A stretch of 33,628 nt of DNA from a bacterium. GTDB taxonomy: Bacteria; Hinthialibacterota; Hinthialibacteria; Hinthialibacterales; Hinthialibacteraceae. Numbering within the stretch: position 1 is the first letter of the stretch; each line of letters starts with the position of its first letter. Shown piece after piece: positions 1-9,051 of the stretch. The stretch spans positions 1 to 33,628 of the forward strand of contig CAXXSM010000145.1 in NCBI GenBank assembly GCA_963663405.2. Direction: 5' to 3'. Position numbers and translations under genes: made by a program. The notes under the pieces were generated by a model. It had not been told where the DNA came from. It searched no databases and worked only from the letters and a program-made list of their open reading frames with translations.

Positions 1-399
1 GGGTTGTTTTTTAAGAAATTTTTCATCAATAAGTGTCTCAAATTGACATCAATCCGTTCAAAAAAAGGGAAAATCAGTCCACTATCGTTCTTAACTCATT
101 TTTTCGTCTATCCATTGAATCTTTTTCTTTTTTCTGACTGGTTCTGTATTTTGTGATATCGTTACGGCTAAGAATGCGCTTCGTTTATACGAAGACAAAC
201 ATTCTATTTTTATAATGCGTATCAATCCGGATGATTCCGGTCCGATATTAATCGTATAGAGAAAGTGAGAATCGAATAAACAGGAATAGGAATTGCTTCG
301 TTATATCTGTATTAAGAATTGGTGATTGTTGTAAGGAATTTTACTTTTTTTTATTTATTGATTTGCATTTTCGTAAAACATTTGTACGGGATTTGAGCC

Positions 400-1247
400 A
401 TGAGCGCTTATGGACAACATATGATAAACGAAACGTTACATCAACCATCACTCTTCCGGCGATGGCAATGGGTGCGGATACCTGCGTTTCTTCTGGTTCT
501 GGCGTTCCTCACGACGGCGGCCTATACCGCCGGATCGCTCTATTGGATTGTGAAAAAGGATAATGATATAGAGAAATTCCGGCGCCGTGAGATTGAATTG
601 CAGAATCGAATCAAAGAACGTGATCTGACGATCCAACAGAATCGCCCAGCAAATCGAACAACTCGAGCGGCGGGTTGAAATCTTGAACGCCGTCAAACAA
701 TTAAGCAGCGCCGATCTCCCCGAACGGGACCAGCGGATCATCGCCAAAGCAGTCGATGAAGAAAGCCGCAAATATGGGCCACGATCCTTTTCTGATTTTA
801 TCCCTGATCTCGGCGGAATCTTCGTTGAAACCTACCGCCAAATCGAAAGTCGGCGCGCGCGGCCTGATGCAGATCATGCCCAGCACGTTTCAAGCCTTAG
901 CGGACCGGGTTGAGAAGGATCCGATGTTGGGCCGAACAAACGATGGGGAACCCACCTCGCGGCCCGCAATCCATAACATTGAAGATAATATCTGTCTTGG
1001 CACGATGTATTTCACCAACTTGGCGCTTCGCTTTCAAAACTTCGAAGACGCGATCTGCGCGTATAATTTAGGACCTACTCTTTTTGAAAAGCGCAAAGCG
1101 AATGGTGGACCGATGCCAAAAAAATACCTCGCCAAAATACTGGCGCGGTATAGAGAATTGGTACAAGCCAGGGAAAGCAGAAACGATCCCATGCCAACTC
1201 TCTTTGAAATGTATGACCATCGAATCATGGTCGCCAAAGCGGATTGA
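400..1247 (+). CDS. Membrane-anchored lytic transglycosylase (SLT domain), split by two single-base insertions
   Basis: ORFs 400..678, 683..913 and 756..1247 join into one ~281 aa frame if one A (~640) and one G (~776-778) are removed. The result is an N-terminal TM helix, a coiled coil, then the SLT motifs AESS (catalytic Glu), GARGLMQIMP and AYNLGP. Confidence 0.85.
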
Positions 1248-1398
1248 TCAATTTCCTTCCTACCTTATACTCTCGATTTAAACCTCCTTTGTTGTCTCGA
1301 TTGTCTCATTAGAGACATCCCTTTTTCTGTCTAATCGGTACAAAAAAATGAACTTAACTCGTTTCTTTTTCGTATAATGAGAAAAAGGGGGCAGGCTT

Positions 1399-1701
1399 AT
1401 GGAATATGTCTATGCGTTTCTTCTTATTCTCATGATTGGGATTGTGATTTTTCTTCTCGATCGTCTTGGTCTATGGCTGGAGGATCGTGGCTGGATTTAC
1501 TATCGCAGGAAACAGGGAAATGTGTCATCGGGCATCGGCAACGCGCTGCATGAATTAAACACATTTTTCGAGCCGGAGAGAGAAAGCCGGATCGAAATCC
1601 AGAAAGATATCAAAGAATTGAAAGCCGAATCAGGGGATTTACCCTTCGATGTGGATTCTTTCGAGCAAGAAAATGATGTGGATAATGATAACCGTGAATA
1701 A
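1399..1701 (+). CDS. Small hypothetical membrane protein (100 aa)
   Basis: Clean ORF with a purine-rich RBS, an N-terminal hydrophobic helix, a WLEDRGWIYY motif and an acidic tail. Confidence 0.75.
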   Translation: MEYVYAFLLILMIGIVIFLLDRLGLWLEDRGWIYYRRKQGNVSSGIGNALHELNTFFEPERESRIEIQKDIKELKAESGDLPFDVDSFEQENDVDNDNRE

Positions 1702-1871
1702 ATTCACTATCTGAAAACCACTTTTTTAAACTCCATCCATACTGTAATTTCTCCTTTCTTTCTATTCAACCTTATCTTATTATTCCTCTTGGATTTATTT
1801 CCTGATGAATGAATTCTGCTATGATGATAGAGGATGAATCCTGACTTGATAAGCATTGTTTTTTATATATT

Positions 1872-3581
1872 ATGCTGGTTTCTCTTCGTATTTCTAATTT
1901 TATCTTGATCGATGACTGCTCGATTGTTTTTCATCCTGGATTGAACGTGTTGACGGGAGAGACGGGGGCGGGGAAGTCGATTGTGGTGGACGCGTTGAGT
2001 CTTCTTGTGGGGGAGCGGAGTACCGCGGAGGCGATCCGTGACACAAAACGGGATGCGGTTGTGGAGGCGGAGTTTGAATTAAAACAGGAAGCGTCTCAAA
2101 CACCGGGTATTCTTCGATTGTTGGACCAATTCGGCATTCCAATGGAAGAGAATGTCCTTCTCATCAAACGGACGCTCTCTTCCGGCGGGCGGAACCGCTT
2201 TTTTCTCAATAATACGCAATGTCTGCTAAAACAACTGCGGGAGTTGGGGGTATTGTTACTCGATCTGCATGGGCAGCACGAACACCAATCTCTTCTTCAT
2301 AAAGATGGCTATTTACCACTTTTGGATGGTTTCGGTTCGTATACGAAAACGCTGGTGAATTATAAAGAAATGTACGCGAATTGGACGGCTCTCCGCAAGA
2401 AACTCGCGGCGCTCGAAGAGGGAGAGAGAGAACGCGTCCGGCGAATCGAGACGTTGCAGCGTCAGTTGGATGAAATTACCTCGGCGGAACTGAAACCCGG
2501 TGAAGAAGACACTATCGAAGAACGTTTCCACATCATACGCCATGCGGAACGATTGAATGAATCCTGTCAGACGGTGTTGTCCGCTTTATCCGAAGAGAAC
2601 AAAGATTGCGCGGCGATCTTGGATCAACTGGATCAACTCGAATCGGTTCTCGTTGAGATGGCGCAATGGGATCCATCGTTGGAAACGGCGGTGGAATCGT
2701 GGCGGTCCGCGTCGATCGCGCTGCATGAAATTTCCAGGGATCTGCAAGGGTATTCGCAGAATTTGGAATTCGATCCAGCGGAATTGGAGCGTTTTCAGCA
2801 ACGGCGCTTTCTTCTGCGGGAATTATTCAGTAAATACGGTGAAACCATCCCGGAGATTTTGGAGTATCAGACGGCCATTCAAGCGGAATTGGATCAATTG
2901 CAGGACACGGATCAGTCTCGTGAGCGGCTTCGTGAAGAAGAGAACGAAATCCATAAAAGCTTGACCGCGCAGGCGAAAACATTGCATAACCAGCGGGTAA
3001 AGAACGCAAAGAAAATCGCATCGCAGGTGACATCGGAATTGGCTTCATTAGGAATGAAGAAGGCGAAATTTGAAATCTTTGTCTCTTACCGGGGATCGAG
3101 CGATTCTCCCCAACCTTCTATTTTTGGCCCTATGGGTTCGGATGAAGTGGAATTTCTGATTACCACAATTCCAGATAAACCGCCCCGTCCCTTGCGCGAG
3201 GTCGCGTCAGGGGGCGAGATCTCGCGGATTATGTTGGCGTTGAAATGCGTATTCGGGCAGGCTGATCCTGTTCCGACGATGATCTTTGATGAGATCGATA
3301 CCGGTGTAGGGGGAAAAACCGCCGATGTGGTCGCCGAACGATTAACACAGCTTGCCGTGGATAAACAAGTGTTGTGTGTGACCCATCTTCCCCATATCGC
3401 ATCGCGCGCGGATCGTAACCTGCGTGTTGATAAACGGGAAGAGAAGGGCGTATTGATCAGCCATGTCGCTGTATTAAATGAAAAAGAGAAGGAAGAGGAA
3501 CTTGTCCGGATGTTGGGGGGAGAGAATTCGGCCGCTTCAAAACGGTACGCGCGTGAGTTGATTGAAGCGTCAAAAGGTTGA
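1872..3581 (+). CDS. recN: DNA repair protein RecN
   Basis: 569 aa SMC-like ATPase: Walker A GETGAGKS, HGQHEHQ, long coiled coil, signature SGGE, Walker B IFDEID, VTHLP. Confidence 0.97.
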   Translation: MLVSLRISNFILIDDCSIVFHPGLNVLTGETGAGKSIVVDALSLLVGERSTAEAIRDTKRDAVVEAEFELKQEASQTPGILRLLDQFGIPMEENVLLIKRTLSSGGRNRFFLNNTQCLLKQLRELGVLLLDLHGQHEHQSLLHKDGYLPLLDGFGSYTKTLVNYKEMYANWTALRKKLAALEEGERERVRRIETLQRQLDEITSAELKPGEEDTIEERFHIIRHAERLNESCQTVLSALSEENKDCAAILDQLDQLESVLVEMAQWDPSLETAVESWRSASIALHEISRDLQGYSQNLEFDPAELERFQQRRFLLRELFSKYGETIPEILEYQTAIQAELDQLQDTDQSRERLREEENEIHKSLTAQAKTLHNQRVKNAKKIASQVTSELASLGMKKAKFEIFVSYRGSSDSPQPSIFGPMGSDEVEFLITTIPDKPPRPLREVASGGEISRIMLALKCVFGQADPVPTMIFDEIDTGVGGKTADVVAERLTQLAVDKQVLCVTHLPHIASRADRNLRVDKREEKGVLISHVAVLNEKEKEEELVRMLGGENSAASKRYARELIEASKG

Positions 3582-3587
3582 GTGGTA

Positions 3588-4259
3588 TTATTCTGATGAA
3601 TCGGATGTGGAAAGCGAGAGGATAAACGCGCCCGTTTTTTCATTTAGGAAGTTATAGGCGTCTTTTAGATGCTTGTGAATATCACTGAAATTGACGACTG
3701 GATCGAAAAATTGAGCGCTGTTTTCCACGAAAAACATTTTTAAATCCCGGTAATATGGTTCAATCCGAAGATGAAAGGTGGAATGCTGTTCCTGTGTGGG
3801 GGGAAAAACGAGCCGGAATCCGACTCCGGATAAAGGTCGTCCAAATTGATCTAAATACGGCTGCGCCTGTTGGATCAGCGTATTGTTGATAAATTCGACC
3901 GAGTTCCGTTGTCCCGGCGCCGGCATTAGAAAACGGATCAAAACTTTGCTGTGGATCAACACGGGGATGTGAAATACATCGCGTGTCACTGAGAGGATTT
4001 GATCGACATCCTCTTCAAATGTGGGGTAGGCCGCCTGTGTGAAATCATCGCGGTAGATCAATCGATCCGGTCCAATGGTGAAATGGCGGTTTTTATTTTC
4101 AGCCAGACGCGCGCCTTGACCTTCTCCTAATTGCTTGTATTCAGGAAACCGGCATGGATCGGCCAACCGGTTGTATAACTCGCGCAGTTGGTTCGCGGTT
4201 AGCGCCATCGGTGGGAAAAACGCTTCCAATCCAAAGGCGAGTGGGACATATTCTGGCAT
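3588..4259 (-). CDS. Hypothetical protein (223 aa)
   Basis: Intact ORF with globular alpha/beta composition, convergent with recN (6 bp gap). Family not confidently recognised. Confidence 0.75.
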   Translation of the reverse strand: MPEYVPLAFGLEAFFPPMALTANQLRELYNRLADPCRFPEYKQLGEGQGARLAENKNRHFTIGPDRLIYRDDFTQAAYPTFEEDVDQILSVTRDVFHIPVLIHSKVLIRFLMPAPGQRNSVEFINNTLIQQAQPYLDQFGRPLSGVGFRLVFPPTQEQHSTFHLRIEPYYRDLKMFFVENSAQFFDPVVNFSDIHKHLKDAYNFLNEKTGAFILSLSTSDSSE

Positions 4260-4437
4260 GGTTTGAGTCTCCGGGATCGAGTTGTTTTAATCCGATATTT
4301 CTGCAGTCCAAGACATGGAGTATACAATAAGGGTATAAGGTTTAAGGACTTAAAATAAGGGCTGCGGAGGGATCGTTGGTCTAATGAAATTCTCTTTTTC
4401 ACTGCTAACGGCTCGCTTCGTTTTTTTGTCTGAATCT

Positions 4438-4469
4438 GGATAGCCGGGATTAACAGGATTATCAGGATT
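4438..4469. repeat. Short 9 bp tandem repeat (GGATnnnnn x3.5)
   Basis: ggatagccg ggattaaca ggattatca ggatt, preceded by ttgtctgaatct, in an intergenic region. Confidence 0.55.
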
Positions 4470-4514
4470 CTTATATTACTTATTATTGGTTAGTTAATTG
4501 AAGTAGTAGATTCT

Positions 4515-4599
4515 TCTCCCAAACTTTGGGGAGGTAAGGAGGGGATTGTCTCATTGATCCTCAACCCCCCTCTAACTCCCCCCAGGCTTGGTGGGGTGA
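4515..4599. repeat. REP-like inverted pair of imperfect GC-rich palindromes
   Basis: tctcccaaactttggggaggtaaggagggg followed, after a ~20 bp spacer, by its approximate reverse complement ccccctctaactcccccaggcttggtggggtga. Each half has its own small hairpin. Confidence 0.6.
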
Positions 4600-4727
4600 A
4601 TAACTCTCATCATGCTTTACAATATGATTATCCGAAAACCTTTTCCGTTCTATTGTGAATTATGAAATGAACATCTATTCATCTAAAAATGTCTGTAGAT
4701 TTTGCGTTCTATTGATTATTCAATTGA

Positions 4728-5543
4728 TTATGTCTTGAATAGTGTCTCATTCATGCTGCCGGTTCGATAACCTAATAGATCCATTGTAACGTAGGTATAG
4801 CCACAATTTTTTATCATTCGTGTAAGGTTTTCACGAATGCTCATTAATCGAAGCATTTCTTCAGGTAATACTTCGATCCGGGCTAGATCGTTGTGATGGC
4901 GGACTCGAAACTGCCGGAATCCGAGTTCTCGGAGCGCATTCTCCGCTTTTTCCACCATCGCCAGTTTTTCCCGCGTAATCTCGTCACCATAGGGCAGGCG
5001 GGAAGCGAGACAGGCGAAGGAAGGTTTATTCCATGTGGGGATGTTGAGTTCTTTTGAAAGCGCGCGGATATCCTCTTTGCTGAATCCCGCTTCGACAAGG
5101 GGGGAACGCACACCATTCTCTTGCGCCGCCTGCTGGCCGGGGCGATGATCGCCCAGATCGTCGGTATTTGTTCCAATGATTATGTGTTTTATCTTTCGTT
5201 CCTTCGCGATGCGTTTTAAGTGGGTGATCATATCGTGTTTGCAGTGGTAGCATCGATTCGCGTCGTTTTTTCTGTATTCAGGATTATCGATTTCAGACGT
5301 TTCGACGGTTATGAAATTCAATCCCAGTTGTTTCGCGTATTCTTCCGCTTCTTTTCGTTCGTGGATGGGATAGCTCTCACTAATCGCCGCTACAGCGAGC
5401 GCGTTGGCGCCCAGTATATCCGCCGCCGCCTTGGCAAGAAACGTGCTGTCCACCCCTCCGGAATACCCTACAATCACGCTTTCCATTTCACGGAGAATCG
5501 TCTTAAGATGTTCGAATTTATTCTGTATCTCATTCATATTCAA
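4728..5543 (-). CDS. larE: ATP-dependent sulfur transferase, LarE family (PP-loop)
   Basis: PP-loop YSGGVDS, RCYHCK, DDLGDHRPG, CLASRLPYG, GFRQFRVRHH and C-terminal GYRTGSMN. Confidence 0.92.
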   Translation of the reverse strand: MNMNEIQNKFEHLKTILREMESVIVGYSGGVDSTFLAKAAADILGANALAVAAISESYPIHERKEAEEYAKQLGLNFITVETSEIDNPEYRKNDANRCYHCKHDMITHLKRIAKERKIKHIIIGTNTDDLGDHRPGQQAAQENGVRSPLVEAGFSKEDIRALSKELNIPTWNKPSFACLASRLPYGDEITREKLAMVEKAENALRELGFRQFRVRHHNDLARIEVLPEEMLRLMSIRENLTRMIKNCGYTYVTMDLLGYRTGSMNETLFKT

Positions 5544-5657
5544 TTGATCCTAACTGTTTAGACAATCCGGAGTATGAATTTCTCTATCTTAAGAAGTCTA
5601 GAATCCACTACGGCGCCGTCAAGTAAAATTTTTTAGATGGGGAAGAGAGGGGAAGAA

Positions 5658-6533
5658 TTAGATCGATTGTTTCCATTCCTGGGCTTGACGCAGGAATTGG
5701 AGGATCGATTCTTCATGGCCTTTTTGAATGGATTGTTTGATATTATCTAAAGACGTTTGCAGTGATTCCAGCGCGGCGAGGATTTCATTGGGATTTTCCA
5801 TGCAGATATCGAGCCACATGCCGGGATCTCCCGCCGCGATGCGGGTTGTGTCACGGAAACCGCTTCCCAGAACGGGTTTAATATCCTCTCCCAGATCCCG
5901 CGCTACGTTGCATAACGCTGCGGCGAGGAGGTGGGGGAGGTGGCTGGACCGAGCGGTCATGCGGTCGTGGATTTCCGGCGTCATTCGGATGACACGCATG
6001 CCTAGCGTTGACCAGAATCCCTCGATTGTCTCCAGAACGCCGTTATCAACATGCGGGGTTTCAGTCACAACGCAGATTTTGTCTTCCAGTAATTCAGGCG
6101 CTGAGTAATCCACGCTGGTATGATGGGAGCCAGCCATTGGATGCGAGCCGACAAAAACCGCTTTTTGGTTCATCACCGCTTCGCAGCGCCGGACGACATT
6201 GGCTTTTGTGCTGCCTACATCTGTTACTATTGCGCCGGGTTTCAGGGAGGAGAGTGTCTGCTGAACGTGCTGGGGAACCATGCGGACGGGGGTGCAGACG
6301 ATCAGGAGATCCAGAGGGGGATCAATCTTTCCTGGCTCTACCGTCACAGAATCCACCGCTCCGCAGTCGATTCCTTTTTGCAGGCGTTCCAGAGACCGTC
6401 CTATGCCGATGATTTCCGTTTCAGGGCGCCGGATTTTCAACGCCAAACCGATGGAGCCGCCGAGGAGTCCGACACCATAGATTCCCACCCGTTGAAATCG
6501 ATTGTCGAGAGAGATGTTATTCTTATTCCGCAT
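5658..6533 (-). CDS. tyrA: Prephenate/arogenate dehydrogenase
   Basis: Rossmann GVGLLGGS, DVGSTK, HPMAG, SHLPHL and GFRDTTRIA. Overlaps the pheA stop by 11 bp. Confidence 0.95.
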   Translation of the reverse strand: MRNKNNISLDNRFQRVGIYGVGLLGGSIGLALKIRRPETEIIGIGRSLERLQKGIDCGAVDSVTVEPGKIDPPLDLLIVCTPVRMVPQHVQQTLSSLKPGAIVTDVGSTKANVVRRCEAVMNQKAVFVGSHPMAGSHHTSVDYSAPELLEDKICVVTETPHVDNGVLETIEGFWSTLGMRVIRMTPEIHDRMTARSSHLPHLLAAALCNVARDLGEDIKPVLGSGFRDTTRIAAGDPGMWLDICMENPNEILAALESLQTSLDNIKQSIQKGHEESILQFLRQAQEWKQSI

Positions 6534-7671
6534 TCGGTAAAACCGCTTTCGACTGCATGGCCCCGCGTGGATACGATCCTAGAATTTTAATGTAATGACT
6601 GGTGTCATCCAATTCACTCAATAATTCTTTTACCTTCGTCTCATCCCGGTGCCCCTGAAACTCGATAAAGAACATGTATTGCCAGGCTTCCTGTTTTGTG
6701 GGGCGGGAAACAATGTTTGTCAGATTGATTTTATACCGTTTGAAGGGTTCCAGCATGGTATATAAAGCGCCGACTTTATCACGCAGAAACAGCATGATCG
6801 TTGTTTTATCGTCCCCGCTGGGATCGGTTTTATTATTACCAATAATGAAAAACCGGGTTGTGTTGCCCGCGATATCTTGGATGCCATGCACTTGAATGGG
6901 GACTTCCATTAATTCGGCGGAGAGGGAACTGGCGATCGCCGCCGCGCGTTTTTCCTTTTTACAGATGTGAACGCCTTGCGTTGTACTCGGCGCGTCGATC
7001 AGCGCCGCGTCTGGGAGATTCGATTCCAGCCACCGTCGACATTGGGGGAACGCCTGAGGATGGGAATAGATCTTTTTGATATCATGGAGTTCCGAAAAGC
7101 TGATTAGATTATGGGAGATTGGGAGATAGACTTCGCCCACGATCCCAACATTGGTATTCGCTAAGCGATCGAGGGTTTCCCCGACGCTTCCTTCAATCGA
7201 GTTTTCGATTGCGGCGATGCCGAAATCCACCCGATTGCGTTCAACTTCATCAAAAATCCCACTGATCGTTTTGGCGGGGACGTATTGCGCCATACGGCCG
7301 AATTGAGCCTGCCCCGCGCAGTGGTGGTAAGATGCTTCCGGACCGAGAAACGCGACCGTCAGACGGGTTTCCAACGACCGGCAGACGCTGATGATTTCGC
7401 GGAAAATGGATCGAACCGCTTCACTCGAGATTTTTCCCTTATCCCCGTTTAAATCCGTGAGACGCTTGAGGATGGCTTTTTCCCGTGTGGGAATGTAAAA
7501 ATCCGTGTCGTTGTGAGATTTGAGTTCACCGACTTTCAGGGCGATTTTGGCGCGTTCGTTGACAAGGCGTAAGATCTCATCATCAATGGAATTGATCGAT
7601 TTTCTCAATTCCAACAGACCGTCATTCACCTCAGTGGGGAGAGACGTATTCATTTTTTCGTTCTCTGGCAC
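6523..7671 (-). CDS. pheA: Bifunctional chorismate mutase/prephenate dehydratase (P-protein)
   Basis: N-terminal CM (LRKSINSIDDEIL...RE), FLGPEAS, ENSIEG, SHPQA, NTTRF and a C-terminal ACT domain (INLTNIVSRP, LGSYP). GTG start with GAGGAGG RBS. Confidence 0.96.
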   Translation of the reverse strand: MPENEKMNTSLPTEVNDGLLELRKSINSIDDEILRLVNERAKIALKVGELKSHNDTDFYIPTREKAILKRLTDLNGDKGKISSEAVRSIFREIISVCRSLETRLTVAFLGPEASYHHCAGQAQFGRMAQYVPAKTISGIFDEVERNRVDFGIAAIENSIEGSVGETLDRLANTNVGIVGEVYLPISHNLISFSELHDIKKIYSHPQAFPQCRRWLESNLPDAALIDAPSTTQGVHICKKEKRAAAIASSLSAELMEVPIQVHGIQDIAGNTTRFFIIGNNKTDPSGDDKTTIMLFLRDKVGALYTMLEPFKRYKINLTNIVSRPTKQEAWQYMFFIEFQGHRDETKVKELLSELDDTSHYIKILGSYPRGAMQSKAVLPNAE

Positions 7672-7795
7672 AAAAAATCCTCCTCTGCGAAGAGACGTTT
7701 ACCCGCAAAAGAAAAACAAAAGGCGGGGAGTCTAAACGCCCGATTGATTAAAGTATCCATATTTCATTGGAGGAAATAATGACGAAAGCCGAGGA

Positions 7796-8251
7796 TTAGT
7801 GCAAGGCGTATGACATGGATGGTGAATCTTCTCCCGGCCAGTTTTCTCCACCAAACACTTGATTAATCAAAAATTCCACTTCATGGACGCCGACTTCATT
7901 CACATCCAGGAAAAAGGCCCGTTCAACCACTTCTTCCCGTTGTTCGGGGGTGATGGTTCCCACGTTCATAAGCGTCAGCAAATAACCTCGAGCGGCTTTG
8001 GTTAATTTCAATTCTTCAAGGAATTGATAAATCTTGTTTGTTTTCAGGGGAAAGGCGATCGAGGAGCCTTCATCAATTCGAGACCGGATTTTATTCGCGA
8101 CCTCGAACGCGATATCAATTTCCTGTCCATTAAAGCCCTGGCTTTGCAGCTGTTCCGTCAATTCCGGACGCAACAAAACCCACTCGTCCTCTTCGGTTTC
8201 AAGAGACCGGGCCAGTATAATACTCACCATCTCAATTAAGCGTGAAAGCAT
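7796..8251 (-). CDS. Smg/DUF494-like protein
   Basis: 151 aa with LQSQGF..QEIDIAF and ARGYLLTL...G.ITPEQREEVVERA patterns typical of Smg/DUF494. Confidence 0.7.
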   Translation of the reverse strand: MLSRLIEMVSIILARSLETEEDEWVLLRPELTEQLQSQGFNGQEIDIAFEVANKIRSRIDEGSSIAFPLKTNKIYQFLEELKLTKAARGYLLTLMNVGTITPEQREEVVERAFFLDVNEVGVHEVEFLINQVFGGENWPGEDSPSMSYALH

Positions 8252-8429
8252 CGTTGTCTATGGGACGCTCCCTTCCTTCCACTCTGCCCGCGGAAAACTG
8301 GGAACAGAGTAGACGTTTGAAAGCAATATAGCACAAAAATATTTTTTTGCACTCCTTCCTCGTATCATTATACAAGCAAGGCCCGTTCCAGGCTATGGGA
8401 CAAATCCCTTCTGGAATGATTCCGGCACC

Positions 8430-8457
8430 TTGATTTTTTATCCGGTTAAAATATAAT
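8430..8457 (+). promoter_or_regulatory. Sigma70-type promoter of rplU
   Basis: TTGATT (8430-8435), 16 bp spacer, TATAAT (8452-8457), ~45 bp upstream of the ATG. Confidence 0.6.
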
Positions 8458-8502
8458 TTTTTTTCTATGTCTTTTTCAACTGAGGATCAATGGAGGAAAT
8501 TC

Positions 8503-8865
8503 ATGTACGCCATCGTTCGGACCGGCGGCAAGCAGGTCAAAGTCGCTCCTGGAGATATTGTCGAAATCGAAAAGCTGAACGCTGATGAAGGGGCAGAAGT
8601 CACTCTTGATGAAGTGCTCATGATGAAAGACGAAGAGACGCTCCATGTTGGAACGCCTCTGGTCGCCAACACATCTGTTAAAGCGAAAGTGCTCGCTCAT
8701 GGCCGCGGCAAAAAAGTCACTATTTTTAAACTGAAAAGACGAAAGGGCTACCGTCTTAAAAATGGACATCGCCAATCGTTTACCCGTGTGAAGATTGGGG
8801 ATATCGTCGTTGATTCGGGTGAAGCTGTCGCCGCTAACGAAACCGTTGAATCGAACGAAGAATAA
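8503..8865 (+). CDS. rplU: 50S ribosomal protein L21
   Basis: MYAIVRTGGKQVKV...GHRQSFTRVKI. ATG at 8503 with GGAGG RBS, preferred over the 8467 start in the ORF track. Confidence 0.97.
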   Translation: MYAIVRTGGKQVKVAPGDIVEIEKLNADEGAEVTLDEVLMMKDEETLHVGTPLVANTSVKAKVLAHGRGKKVTIFKLKRRKGYRLKNGHRQSFTRVKIGDIVVDSGEAVAANETVESNEE

Positions 8866-8901
8866 TCCGCGATCGATCTTGCCCTAAAAAAAGAAAATTA
8901 G

Positions 8902-8931
8902 AAACCGGTTCTATCCGAGCCGGTTTTTTTT
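8902..8931 (+). terminator. Rho-independent terminator after rplU
   Basis: Stem aaaccggttc / gagccggttt with a tatcc loop, followed by a T-run. Confidence 0.8.
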
Positions 8932-9051
8932 GGGGTCAATAGGCTTCGTAAATGGACAGATAGAAGGAGTTTGCATTAAAAATTTGAGATGATTTGGATT
9001 CGAAGGGAATGGCGGTTTTATGATGGAATTTGTGTCTCGTTCAAAAGGGGG

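Noticed and set aside
400-1247. Programmed ribosomal frameshifting in the transglycosylase and other split genes
   Set aside because: No slippery heptamers or consistent stimulatory structures were seen, and the same single-base indel pattern recurs in unrelated genes, which points to sequencing error.
1302-1326. Terminator after the transglycosylase (tgtctc-atta-gagaca)
   Set aside because: The stem is short and separated from the T-run, so it is too weak to call.
8385-8417. L21 leader or other ncRNA hairpin upstream of rplU (ttccag...ggga caaa tccc...ctggaa)
   Set aside because: The hairpin lies upstream of the predicted promoter, so it would not be in the rplU transcript. No recognisable family features.
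1900-8775. Numerous 60-185 aa ORFs overlapping recN, larE, tyrA, pheA and rplU
   Set aside because: They are shadow or alternative-frame ORFs of well-supported genes and show no recognisable motifs.
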